A stretch of DNA of 50,221 nucleotides from Bacteroidales bacterium (GTDB lineage Bacteria; Bacteroidota; Bacteroidia; Bacteroidales; VadinHA17). The notes under the pieces are model-generated. The model was not told the DNA's origin. It ran no database searches and saw only the letters and a list, made by a program, of their open reading frames with translations. Positions 37,466-47,341 of the stretch are shown piece after piece; the first letter of the stretch is position 1, and each line of letters begins with the position of its first letter. Both the position numbers and the translations under genes were made by a program. Location: NCBI GenBank assembly GCA_021163295.1, contig JAGGXD010000213.1, forward strand, positions 1 to 50,221, read 5' to 3'.

Positions 37466-40400
37466 ATGATAAATAGTATAATATCCTTTTCAATAAAGAA
37501 TAAGGCTCTAATCTGGCTTATGACCATAGGCTTAGTTATTGGCGGAATCTATTCCATGACCAAAGTACCGCTCGATGCCATGCCTGATATTACAAACAAT
37601 CAGGTTTTAGTTATTACTACTGCACCCAATTTGGGTACAGAAGATATTGAACAGTTTGTAACCTATCAGGTTGAATTGGCCGTGGCAAACCTTCCAGATG
37701 TAACTGAGATACGAAGTGTATCTAGGTTCGGACTGTCAGTTGTAACAATAGTATTTGAAGAAAGTGCAGGAACCTATCTTCCAAGACAATTGGTGAGTGA
37801 AGCCTTAGTTGAAGTAAAAGAGAAAATACCCGAAGGCTTTGGAGAGCCTTTCATGGCTCCAATAAGTACTGGCTTGGGCGAAATATATCAATACACACTC
37901 GAAGTACAAGAAGGTTTCGATACCGTTTATGACGACATGGAACTTCGCACTATGCAGGAGTGGATAGTAAAGCGCCAAATGGCCATGTTACCGGGGGTCG
38001 TAGAAGTTAACTCTTTTGGCGGTAGAGCTAAACAATATGAGGTTGCTGTTAATCCTGACAAACTACGCAGTATGGGACTAACAATTACTGATATTTTTGA
38101 TGCCCTTGAGGCCAACAACCAAAATACAGGTGGAGCATATATAGAGAAAAACTATCAGGCAAATTTCATTCGAGGTGAAGGTTTAATGAGGTCGCTCGAT
38201 GATATTAAAAACACCGTAGTATCAAATAAAAATAATCAACCTGTTTTTATTCGAGATGTAGCAGAAGTTAAATATGGGAGTTTTGTGCGGTTTGGGGCTT
38301 TTACCAAAAATGGTAAAGGAGAAGCTGTTGGAGGAATAGTGATGATGTTAAAAGGGGAAAACTCCAATGATGTTATTAAGGCGGTAAAAGAACGTGTGGC
38401 CTTAATTCAAAAATCCTTACCCGAAGGAGTAGTAATAAAATCATTTCTCGACCGTAGCAAATTAATAAAAAGTACGACTTCTACAGTTGCCGAGAACCTT
38501 TCATTGGGAGCATTAATTGTAATTTTTGTATTGGTAATATTCTTGGGTAATCTAAGAGGTGGCTTAATAGTAGCATCAACTATTCCATTAGCATTGTTAT
38601 TTGCTTTTATCATGATGAATCTTTTTGGGGTATGGGCAAACCTGATGAGTCTTGGAGCACTTGATTTTGGAATTCTGGTTGATGGTGCAGTAATTATTGT
38701 GGAAAGTATGATTTTTTACTTGCATAAGAAAAACTTGATTGGAACAAAACTTGATCAACCCAAACGCAATGAAATTGCCTATAAATCGGCAAGTAAAATG
38801 ATGAACTCTGCATTTTTTGGTCAGCTAATTATATTAATTGTTTTTATTCCCGTGCTGGCTCTTCAAGGTGTTGAGGGTAAAATGTTTATCCCAATGGCTA
38901 TGACATTTGGCTTTGCAGTACTTGGAGTGGTGGTATTGTGTTTAACTTATATACCCATGATGGCTGCCCAATTTCTTCAACCACCAAAAACTGATAAAAA
39001 AACATGGGGTGATAGATTAATTGGCAAACTTGAAAAGATATACAGTCCGATTATAGATTGGGCAATTAAGAGGAGTCGTATTGTTATAGCAATTGCTTTG
39101 GTATTATTAATATCAGGTGGTTTCTTATTCACGCGAATGGGTGCTGAGTTTATTCCGAAACTAGATGAAGGGGATTTTGCATTTCAAGCATTTTTAAAAC
39201 CCGGCACTTCGTTAACTGAGGTTACAAAAGCTTCTACAAGATTGGAACAAATTGTACTGGAGAATTTTCCGGATGAAATAGAAAGTATTCAAAGTAGAAT
39301 TGGTGTGGCAGATTTACCAATGGACCCGATGCCGATAGATATTGCCGATATTTTTGTCATTCTAACTCCACAAGACCAATGGACTAGAGTAGAATCTAAA
39401 AAGGAATTAATTGATAAAGTTAGAGAAAAGGTAAGTGTTTTACCCGGTATCAACTTTGAATTTAGTCAACCCGTTGAGATGCGTTTTAATGAATTATTAA
39501 CAGGAATTCGTCAAGATTTAGCCGTTAAACTCTATGGCGATGATTTAGAAATTCTTGCGGATAAAGCAGAAGAAATTGCAGGTTTAGTTGCAGGAATTGA
39601 TGGTGTGGCTGCTGTTAAAGCTGAAGCAACCAGAGGACTGCCACAAATCACTGTAAATTACGACCGTAATAAGATGGGGCGGTATGGTTTAAATATAACT
39701 GAACTTAATACTGTTATCGAAACTGCATTTAGTGGTGGTGTTGCCGGAAGTATCTATGAGGGTGAAAAAATGTTTGACCTTGTTGTAAGGTTAGATGAAG
39801 AACACCGAACAAGTATAGATGATATTCGAAACTTATATGTCAATTTACAAGATGGAAACCAAATTCCTATAAAGGAAGTTGCTGAAATCAGTTATCAACC
39901 AGGTCCTATGCAAATAAGTCGTGATAATACCAATAGGCGAACTTATGTTGGGATAAATGTTGAAGGTCGTGATATAAAGTCGCTTGTTGAAGAAATCCAG
40001 ACAACATTGGATAAGAAATTAGAATTACCTACAGGATATTATATTCGTTATGGGGGTGCATTTGAAAACCTTGAAAGAGCTTCAAAAAGATTATCTCTTG
40101 TTGTTCCACTCGCCTTGGCTTTAATATTTATGTTGGTGTTTTTTGCAGTAAAATCATTCAAGCAAACGCTTATGATTTATGTTGCAGTACCCTTTGCTGC
40201 TGTAGGTGGAGTATTTTCATTGTTTTTAAGGGACATGCCTTTTAGTATCTCTGCCGGGGTAGGATTTATTGTTTTGTTTGGTGTAGCAGTACTAAATGGT
40301 TTAGTTTTAATAAGTGGCTTTAATGAATTAAAGCAAGAGGGTAAACTACATATCAATGATATTATTAAAAAGGGGTCGATAAGACGTATCCGACCAATTT

Positions 40401-41806
40401 TATTAACTGCGTCAACTGATATTCTAGGATTCTTGCCAATGGCAATATCGGCCTCCGCAGGTGCAGAAGTACAACGTCCTTTGGCAACAGTTGTAATTGG
40501 TGGTATGCTCACATCTACTTTACTAACGTTAATTGTTCTGCCAATTTTATACAAGTATGTTGAATCAGGTAAAAAAACTATTAAACTTCCTAAAGTAGCA
40601 ACAGCTGTTTTAACTATACTAATGATTGTAACTATTTCAGTTTTTCCAAATGAACTTAGTGCTCAAGATTCATCTCTTAACTTGCAACAAGCAATAGAAA
40701 GGGCAAAGGAGAATTATCCTTCTATAAAAGCTGCTCAGATGGAGATTGACAAGCAAAAGGCACTGAAAGCTACTGCTTATGATTTTGGGAGCACATCAAT
40801 TTATACTGGAAAGGAAGAAGTGGGGAATGGTATGCCGGGAGTTAAAAACCAGATAGGGATCGGGCAATCAGACATTGATATTTTTGGTATTACTGCGAAA
40901 AGCAAATTAGCCGATGCACGTACTCAACAAGCTGTAATGGGACTGAATTTAACTGAGCAAACACTATCGCGAGATGTGAGTATTGCCTGGTACAATGCAG
41001 TTTATTTTAAGCAACAGTGGTTGCTTTTTAAGGAACTTGACACCTTATACGCCGACTTTCAGAAAGCTGCAGAGTTGAGGTATAAAACTCAGCAAACTTC
41101 TAAAATTGGATTTCTTTCTGCATCAGCTAAGTATAAAGAATTACAGGTAGATATTAAAATAGCAGAGAGTAACTATTTGGCAAGCTTGCAAATCTTAAAT
41201 CAATACTTGTTATATCCATCCGAATTTGACGTTAGAATTCAAAATATCGGGCAGCATGTTTTTGATATCGTTTCAAAGAGCGAATCATTAATTGAAAGCC
41301 CATTATTGAATTACTATTCTACAGCCATTAATGTTGCAGAATCGGAATGGAAAACAGAAAAAGCCAATTTCCTGCCTAAATTAAACCTTGGCTATAAATT
41401 GCAATCGGTTGATGGCAATTCGGGATTTTACGGATGGAAAGCAGGTGTAACTATTCCAATGTTGTATTTCTCTCAATCAGGAAAAACAAAAGCTGCAAAT
41501 ATAAATTTGCAGATTACTAGTCAGCAGTACCAACAAAAGGAACTGGAAATAAAAGCCGGGTATAATCAACAGATTAGCAGATACCTTGCATTGCAAGACG
41601 TAATTAACTATTACAGAGCTGAAGCAATACCATTGGCGGATGAGCAAATTCAAGCATCTAATTTGGCATATAAACTTGGTAGTATAGACTATATCCAGTT
41701 TATTCAAAATATGGAAACTGCGATTAATACAAAACAGGAGTTTCTAATTCAACAGGCAGAATACTTTGAATTGTCAGCTCAATTAAAATACATAACTGGT
41801 AAATAA
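37466..41806 (+). CDS. czcA: CusA/CzcA heavy-metal RND permease fused to a C-terminal TolC-like outer membrane factor
   Basis: DAMPDITNNQV, SLGALDFGILVDGAVIIVE, RIRPILLTA and GAEVQRPLATVVIGG; an extra ~400-aa OEP-like tail. Confidence 0.93.
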   Translation: MINSIISFSIKNKALIWLMTIGLVIGGIYSMTKVPLDAMPDITNNQVLVITTAPNLGTEDIEQFVTYQVELAVANLPDVTEIRSVSRFGLSVVTIVFEESAGTYLPRQLVSEALVEVKEKIPEGFGEPFMAPISTGLGEIYQYTLEVQEGFDTVYDDMELRTMQEWIVKRQMAMLPGVVEVNSFGGRAKQYEVAVNPDKLRSMGLTITDIFDALEANNQNTGGAYIEKNYQANFIRGEGLMRSLDDIKNTVVSNKNNQPVFIRDVAEVKYGSFVRFGAFTKNGKGEAVGGIVMMLKGENSNDVIKAVKERVALIQKSLPEGVVIKSFLDRSKLIKSTTSTVAENLSLGALIVIFVLVIFLGNLRGGLIVASTIPLALLFAFIMMNLFGVWANLMSLGALDFGILVDGAVIIVESMIFYLHKKNLIGTKLDQPKRNEIAYKSASKMMNSAFFGQLIILIVFIPVLALQGVEGKMFIPMAMTFGFAVLGVVVLCLTYIPMMAAQFLQPPKTDKKTWGDRLIGKLEKIYSPIIDWAIKRSRIVIAIALVLLISGGFLFTRMGAEFIPKLDEGDFAFQAFLKPGTSLTEVTKASTRLEQIVLENFPDEIESIQSRIGVADLPMDPMPIDIADIFVILTPQDQWTRVESKKELIDKVREKVSVLPGINFEFSQPVEMRFNELLTGIRQDLAVKLYGDDLEILADKAEEIAGLVAGIDGVAAVKAEATRGLPQITVNYDRNKMGRYGLNITELNTVIETAFSGGVAGSIYEGEKMFDLVVRLDEEHRTSIDDIRNLYVNLQDGNQIPIKEVAEISYQPGPMQISRDNTNRRTYVGINVEGRDIKSLVEEIQTTLDKKLELPTGYYIRYGGAFENLERASKRLSLVVPLALALIFMLVFFAVKSFKQTLMIYVAVPFAAVGGVFSLFLRDMPFSISAGVGFIVLFGVAVLNGLVLISGFNELKQEGKLHINDIIKKGSIRRIRPILLTASTDILGFLPMAISASAGAEVQRPLATVVIGGMLTSTLLTLIVLPILYKYVESGKKTIKLPKVATAVLTILMIVTISVFPNELSAQDSSLNLQQAIERAKENYPSIKAAQMEIDKQKALKATAYDFGSTSIYTGKEEVGNGMPGVKNQIGIGQSDIDIFGITAKSKLADARTQQAVMGLNLTEQTLSRDVSIAWYNAVYFKQQWLLFKELDTLYADFQKAAELRYKTQQTSKIGFLSASAKYKELQVDIKIAESNYLASLQILNQYLLYPSEFDVRIQNIGQHVFDIVSKSESLIESPLLNYYSTAINVAESEWKTEKANFLPKLNLGYKLQSVDGNSGFYGWKAGVTIPMLYFSQSGKTKAANINLQITSQQYQQKELEIKAGYNQQISRYLALQDVINYYRAEAIPLADEQIQASNLAYKLGSIDYIQFIQNMETAINTKQEFLIQQAEYFELSAQLKYITGK

Positions 41807-41824
41807 TTATTAAAAAAGAACAAA

Positions 41825-43114
41825 ATGAAAACAAAAATATTTATAGCAATTATAACAGTTGCAACACTCATATCGTGCAGCTCAAATAAGAAAAGTAATC
41901 AAGAAGAAGATGTACACGAAGAAGATCCTGTTGAAGGTGTGGTTATTCTTAATAAAAATCAGCAGGAAGCCCTTAATCTAAAATTGGGGAATTTTATGAT
42001 GCGGAATTTAACCACAGTAGTAAAAACCAATGGTCAACTTGAGGTTCCTCCATCAAGTAGTGCCGATGTAACCGCAATAATTGGTGGGAACGTGAAAAGT
42101 ATCAAGGTGTTTCATGGGGATAAAGTATCTAGAGGGCAGCTCCTAGCGGTTCTTGAACATCCCGATTATATAATTCTTCAGGAAGAGTTTTCTGAAGTAG
42201 CAAATAAACTGGAATACTTGGAAAAAGAATACGAACGTCAGAAAGAACTCTTTGAAAATAATGTTGGTGCAGGTAAAGATTACCAGCAGGCAAAATCAGA
42301 ATACAATACGGCTAAAGCAAAGTATGCTGGACTTAAATCTCGTTTGCAAATGATTAACCTTTCACCCGATAAAATTGAAGAAGGGATTATTTCGAATACG
42401 GTAAATATCCTATCACCAATTAATGGATTTGTTAATGATATAAATATCAAAGTAGGTTCTTATGCTGATGCAAAAGATATTCTTTTCGAAGTAACCGATA
42501 ACAGTGCCATTCATGCTGACTTTATGATTTATGAGAAAGATGTTCATCTTGTAAAAGAAGGTCAGAAGGTTCATTTTACAGTTTCAAATCGTCCTGATGA
42601 AGAATTAACTGCCACCGTATTTGCCATTGGAAAAGAGTTTGAAGCTAATTCAAGGGCAGTACATATTCATGCTAATATAAACGAAAAGGTTTCCGGTCTT
42701 ATTTCGGGAATGTATATCTCAGGTCACTTACATACCGATGAAAAATTTACTCGTACATTACCAAATGATGCAATAGTAACTGAAGGAACTAAATCATACA
42801 TCTTTATTCAAGATAATGAAGCTCTGGAATCCAAAACAAATGATGAGCATGATGGACATGACCATGGTACAGAAGAAAAAGCAGATGCTCATACAGAAAA
42901 TGACGAACATAGCGGACATGATAATGACTCAGGGCATAACAACAATCGCGAAATGGCTTTTCGTATGGTTGAGGTTATCATTGGACTAAAAGATGATGGC
43001 TATACTGAAATCCATCTGATTGATTCATTACCTAAAAACACAAACGTAGTAATGAATGCTGCCTATTATTTATTGGCAGACATGAAAAAAGAAGAAACAG
43101 AACATGACCATTAA
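41825..43114 (+). CDS. czcB: RND periplasmic adaptor (CzcB-like) lipoprotein with a His-rich insert
   Basis: LISC lipobox; lipoyl/hairpin architecture (GDKVSRGQLL, SPINGFV); DEHDGHDHG...EHSGHD insert. Confidence 0.9.
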   Translation: MKTKIFIAIITVATLISCSSNKKSNQEEDVHEEDPVEGVVILNKNQQEALNLKLGNFMMRNLTTVVKTNGQLEVPPSSSADVTAIIGGNVKSIKVFHGDKVSRGQLLAVLEHPDYIILQEEFSEVANKLEYLEKEYERQKELFENNVGAGKDYQQAKSEYNTAKAKYAGLKSRLQMINLSPDKIEEGIISNTVNILSPINGFVNDINIKVGSYADAKDILFEVTDNSAIHADFMIYEKDVHLVKEGQKVHFTVSNRPDEELTATVFAIGKEFEANSRAVHIHANINEKVSGLISGMYISGHLHTDEKFTRTLPNDAIVTEGTKSYIFIQDNEALESKTNDEHDGHDHGTEEKADAHTENDEHSGHDNDSGHNNNREMAFRMVEVIIGLKDDGYTEIHLIDSLPKNTNVVMNAAYYLLADMKKEETEHDH

Positions 43115-43124
43115 ATCTATTAAT

Positions 43125-43457
43125 ATGAAAGAAATAAAAGCTTTTATCAGACCAAATAAAGTAAATGGAATTGTACAGCAACTAAAAGACAATGGATTTG
43201 AAAATATGACAATTTCATCAGCTGAAGGAACCGGAAAATTGCAAAGAGAAAACGCATCCGTATCACAGAAGTTTTCGATTACAGATAGTGAAATAGCTAA
43301 ACTTGAAATTGTTGCGGAAGACAAAAATGTTGAATCAATTTGCAGCATCATTTGTGAATATGGTTGTACAATAAACCCCGGAGATGGACTAATCTATATT
43401 TCCGATATTGAAAAGGTGTACCGTGTGAAAACGGGTTTGGAAAACGGAGAAAAATAA
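43125..43457 (+). CDS. P-II family protein
   Basis: MKEIKAFIRP, KLEIV and TINPGDGLIYISDIE. Confidence 0.85.
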   Translation: MKEIKAFIRPNKVNGIVQQLKDNGFENMTISSAEGTGKLQRENASVSQKFSITDSEIAKLEIVAEDKNVESICSIICEYGCTINPGDGLIYISDIEKVYRVKTGLENGEK

Positions 43458-43467
43458 TTCATAACTT

Positions 43468-43510
43468 TAGGGGCAGGTTGCCTTAATATATCGGACAACT
43501 TGCTCCTTTA
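43468..43510 (+). terminator. Hairpin after the P-II gene
   Basis: AGGGGCAGGTTG...CAACTTGCTCCT imperfect stem followed by TTA. Confidence 0.5.
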
Positions 43511-43533
43511 ATAATTCACATTAAAAGCAAAAG

Positions 43534-43920
43534 ATGAAATACTATTTTGAAAAAACATTGAATTGCTCTTTTGAAGAAGCAGTAGAAAGAGTAACGGAAG
43601 AACTCAAAAAAGAGGAGTTCGGAGTTTTAACTGAAATCAACATACACGAAAAACTGAAAGAAAAATTGGGAGTGGATTTCAGAAAGTACCGCATACTTGG
43701 TGCATGTAACCCTGCTTTTGCCTACAAAGCATTAGAGGAAGAAGATAAAATTGGTACGATGTTGCCTTGTAGTGTAATTGTGCAACAAATTTCAGAAACC
43801 CAAATAGAAATTGCTGCCGTTGACCCTATGGCATCAATGCAATCAGTTGAAAATGAAAAACTGTCAGGTGTTGCAAATGAGGTTCAACAAAAACTAAAAC
43901 ATGTAATTGACAATGTTTAA
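43534..43920 (+). CDS. DUF302 domain protein
   Basis: FGVLTEI, YRILGACNP, IGTMLPC and AAVDP motifs. Confidence 0.9.
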   Translation: MKYYFEKTLNCSFEEAVERVTEELKKEEFGVLTEINIHEKLKEKLGVDFRKYRILGACNPAFAYKALEEEDKIGTMLPCSVIVQQISETQIEIAAVDPMASMQSVENEKLSGVANEVQQKLKHVIDNV

Positions 43921-44707
43921 GAGTACTTTCCATATTTCAAAAATGGATTGCCCTTCTGAGGAATCTCTTATCAGAATGAAACTCGATGGGCTTTCCATTA
44001 TAAAAAGTTTGACTTTCAATATTGAGAAAAGGAAATTAACCATTCTTCATTCCAAAGAAAACCCGGAAATAGAAAAATCCTTGAGCACACTTAATTTAGG
44101 TTCAGTACATGTAGAAACTATCATTGTTAAACATGAGGAATTTAAAGAAGATACATCTGTTCAGTCAAAGCTTCTTTGGACAGTTTTGTTTATCAATTTT
44201 GCATTTTTTATTATTGAAATAACAACGGGGTTTATCTCAAAATCCATGGGATTGGTTGCCGATTCATTGGATATGCTGGCAGACTCTTTAGTTTACGGGT
44301 TAAGTCTTTGGGCAGTAGGTTCATCTGTACTACGAAAAAAGAAAGTAGCTCGTTTAAGTGGCTATTTTCAATTGTCCCTGGCACTTATAGGTTTGATTGA
44401 GGTAATCAGGCGATTTATTGGTTCTGAAGCCATGCCCGATTATCGAATAATGATTGGAGTATCAATTTTAGCATTAATTGCCAATGGAATATGCCTTTAT
44501 TTGCTACAAAAATCTAAAAGTGAAGAAGTGCATATGAAAGCTACTATGATTTTTACTTCAAACGATATAATTATCAATTCAGGTGTAATCGCAGCAGGTG
44601 TATTGGTTTTATTAACCCAATCAAAATATCCTGATTTAATTGTTGGCACTATAGTTTTTTTAATTGTTGTAAAAGGGGCTTTCAGAATATTAAAACTCGG
44701 AAAGTAA
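43913..44707 (+). CDS. HMA-like domain fused to a short cation diffusion facilitator
   Basis: MDCPSEE; ADSLDMLAD; FTSND. Confidence 0.85.
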   Translation: MFKSTFHISKMDCPSEESLIRMKLDGLSIIKSLTFNIEKRKLTILHSKENPEIEKSLSTLNLGSVHVETIIVKHEEFKEDTSVQSKLLWTVLFINFAFFIIEITTGFISKSMGLVADSLDMLADSLVYGLSLWAVGSSVLRKKKVARLSGYFQLSLALIGLIEVIRRFIGSEAMPDYRIMIGVSILALIANGICLYLLQKSKSEEVHMKATMIFTSNDIIINSGVIAAGVLVLLTQSKYPDLIVGTIVFLIVVKGAFRILKLGK

Positions 44708-44714
44708 AAAAAGC

Positions 44715-45605
44715 ATGGTACATTCACACGAACATACTACTCAGAAAAGTCATAGCAAGGCATTTGCTATCGGAATAGGATTAAACACCGCTTTTATCGG
44801 GATTGAAATTTTTTATGGTTTAATCGCCAACTCATCAGCATTATTAGCCGATGCGGGTCACAATGCCGGCGATGTTTTAAGTTTAATTTTTGCCTGGGCT
44901 GCAATTTGGCTTGCCTCAGTAAAACCAAAAGGGAAATACACTTATGGTTTGCGCAAAACAACAATTCTCGTATCTATCTTAAATGCACTATTATTATTTG
45001 GGGCAGTTATTGCTATTGCCTGGAATGCCATAGGGAAATTTAATAATCCCGAACCCGTAGCAGGCTCACAGGTAATGATTGTTGCAGGTATAGGCGTAGT
45101 TATTAATACCATTTCAGCCTTATTATTTATGAAAAGTCAAAAAGACGACCTGAATATCAAAGGCGCATTCCTTCACATGGCTGCTGATGCAGGGGTTTCA
45201 CTAGGCGTAGTCATAGCCGGGTTATTGATTAAGCTCACCGGAATTCAATGGATCGATCCCATTATGAGTTTTGTAATAATTCTAGTGATTATTTGGGGTA
45301 CATGGCGTTTGTTTACCGATTCCATTGATTTAGCATTGGATGCAGTACCCAAGCATATAAAACTGGAAGATGTGCGAAATTTTCTTTTATCTCAGGATGG
45401 TGTCAAAGATATTCATGATTTGCATATTTGGGCAATGAGCACCACACAGGTTGCATTAACGGCTCATCTGATAATGCCAAAAGGATTTAAAGATAAATTT
45501 ATTACCGTATTGCAACATCAACTTAAAAATGAATTTGACATAAAACACACAACTTTTCAAATTGAAAATGAACGAATTGAAAAAAAGTGTAAAACTGATT
45601 GTTAA
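44715..45605 (+). CDS. czcD: CzcD-type cation diffusion facilitator
   Basis: His-rich N-terminus; LLADAGHNAGD, GAFLHMAAD, HDLHIW and HTTFQIE. Confidence 0.9.
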   Translation: MVHSHEHTTQKSHSKAFAIGIGLNTAFIGIEIFYGLIANSSALLADAGHNAGDVLSLIFAWAAIWLASVKPKGKYTYGLRKTTILVSILNALLLFGAVIAIAWNAIGKFNNPEPVAGSQVMIVAGIGVVINTISALLFMKSQKDDLNIKGAFLHMAADAGVSLGVVIAGLLIKLTGIQWIDPIMSFVIILVIIWGTWRLFTDSIDLALDAVPKHIKLEDVRNFLLSQDGVKDIHDLHIWAMSTTQVALTAHLIMPKGFKDKFITVLQHQLKNEFDIKHTTFQIENERIEKKCKTDC

Positions 45606-45616
45606 AAACACAAAAT

Positions 45617-45823
45617 ATGAAAATAGAATTAAAATCTACGATAACTTGTCCAGAATGTGGATATAAAAAGGAGGAAGAAATGCCGACCGATGCTTGCCAG
45701 TTTTTTTATGAGTGTGATAGCTGCCATACAGTTTTAAAACCAAAACAGGGCGATTGCTGTGTGTATTGTTCGTATGGTTCTGAAAAATGTCCATCAATTC
45801 AAAAGAATGGAAGTTGCTGCTGA
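45617..45823 (+). CDS. GDCCVxC-domain small Cys-rich protein
   Basis: ITCPECG...MPTDACQFFYEC..C...GDCCVYCSYG..CP...CC. Confidence 0.88.
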   Translation: MKIELKSTITCPECGYKKEEEMPTDACQFFYECDSCHTVLKPKQGDCCVYCSYGSEKCPSIQKNGSCC

Positions 45824-45915
45824 TTTTTTAAAAAAATTGTTGAGTTAGCGGAGTTCTACCCAAAAGTATTTTCGTTATATTTAACATTAAAAAGTGAGTG
45901 GAATTGCCCTCCCTA

Positions 45916-45984
45916 TTTGCAAGCACATTGCCAAAGCCACACGAGCCATCGCCAAAACCAAAGCTTTGTCAAAGAGCTTGCAAA
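45916..45984. repeat. Structured hairpin element, copy 2
   Basis: Outer stem TTTGCAAGC/GCTTGCAAA, inner stem CAAAGC/GCTTTG; homologous to 35876-35942. Confidence 0.7.
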
Positions 45985-46171
45985 GCCAGCCCAATTAACC
46001 GCCTTGATGGGCGGTTTTAGAATTGCCCACTCACAAAAAACAAAATAAATTTGTGCTCCGTTAAAAGGGTCGGACCATCTGAAAAGACTACAAATAGAGA
46101 CTTAAATAATTGACAGACAGAATGAATAATGAACGCCCAGTTGCTAAAGGCTCATACGTAATGCGGGGTTC

Positions 46172-46903
46172 ATGAAATTCATAAAAGGAGAAAACCGAAC
46201 ACAAATCAATCTTTTCCCGGTTTCCCTTGAACATGCTATTAATGAAGATAATGAAGTACGTATCATCGATCTGTTTGTTGATAGTGTGTCATTGGAAGAC
46301 TATGGGTATTTGAATAAGGTTCGATCATCGAGAGACCTGGAAAAAGAATGCAAGCGCAATATTGAAGTAATGTGGTTGCTTAAAAATCTAAAGCCAGATC
46401 ATAACACCATTTCAAACTTTCGCCAGGATAATCCAAAGGCCATTAATAAGGTTTTTAGGGCAACCGTTCAGATCGCAAAGAACTTCAATCTTATAGGAGG
46501 TAAACTCATTGCCGGCGACAGCACAAAATTCAGGACACATAACAGCAAGAACATACCGTTTTAAGCGATACACTACTAAGGCTTGTATGGAATGTCCGGT
46601 AAAAGAAGAGTGTTCAAAGGCCAAGAAAGGTAAACAACGGGCAAGCGCCGATGTTGGTTTTATGTTCATCGCTTACAATCTCAGACGGATTATAAACATT
46701 GTTGGAAAAAATGCTCTAAAGAAGTACCTGGAGGTGCTTGTTTTATTAGTTTCGGGGAAATATCGTTCGATAAGGCTTAAAATAAGCCTGTTAAAAGCAA
46801 TCAAATATTTACACAAAATCTTAACCTCTTATTTTGAAGGTTGCTTAAATAGGCTTAAATTTGATCAAAACTTACTTAGTACTGTAGGTTTTTAGACGAA
46901 CTG
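46172..46903 (+). mobile_element. IS1182-family remnant with several internal deletions; left end lost, right IR kept
   Basis: RSSRDLEKEC...PDHNTISNFR...GDSTK; C..CP....C; AYNLRR; right IR AGGTTTTTAGACGAACTG at 46886-46903. Confidence 0.85.
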
Positions 46904-46905
46904 CC

Positions 46906-46921
46906 GTTAGCGTTCATGCTT
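46906..46921 (+). other. attC-like R'-type cassette start
   Basis: GTTAGCGTTCATGCTT is near-complementary to AAGCACGAAACGCTAAC at 49965-49981. Confidence 0.6.
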
Positions 46922-46965
46922 AAAAAAAGACTTGTTACAACCTGACAATAAAAATTTAATGATTC

Positions 46966-47021
46966 TTTGAACGATTAAAAAAAAAATATTATTTTTGTTG
47001 TCTATTTGGCCAAATTGACAA
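46966..47021 (+). promoter_or_regulatory. Promoter plus ArsR operator
   Basis: TTTG-N20-TATTTTTG (46966-46997) is followed directly by the 24-bp near-perfect palindrome TTGTCTATTTGGCCAAATTGACAA. Confidence 0.75.
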
Positions 47022-47026
47022 ACACT

Positions 47027-47341
47027 ATGAATCAAGAAATTATTCAGACCTATCAGATTGAATCTTCTATTTTCAAGTCTATGGCACATCCAATTCGGTT
47101 GTTCATCATACATCAACTTGAAAATAAGAAATATGGAGTCCAAGAACTTGCAGACATGGCTGAAATTGATATTTCAACTATGTCAAGACATCTTGACACC
47201 TTAAAAAGGCATAGAATAATTGCAGGTGAAAAAATAAAAAATAATGTGTTTTACACATTAAATATACCCTGCGTTCTTGAATTTATGACATGTGCCAATA
47301 AAGTTATAAACCAACAAAATAAATTAGGAGGAATAATATGA
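47027..47341 (+). CDS. ArsR/SmtB family repressor
   Basis: FKSMAHPIRL, STMSRHL, VFYTL and C-terminal PCVLEFMTC. Confidence 0.9.
   Translation: MNQEIIQTYQIESSIFKSMAHPIRLFIIHQLENKKYGVQELADMAEIDISTMSRHLDTLKRHRIIAGEKIKNNVFYTLNIPCVLEFMTCANKVINQQNKLGGII

Noticed and set aside
300-44727. Many 60-170 aa ORFs antisense or out of frame within long genes
   Set aside because: They are fully nested in well-supported CDSs and have no motifs.
45617-45900. Selenocysteine in the GDCCVxC protein, or readthrough of its TGA
   Set aside because: All Cys positions are TGT/TGC; the TGA follows the natural CC end and no SECIS-like hairpin follows directly.
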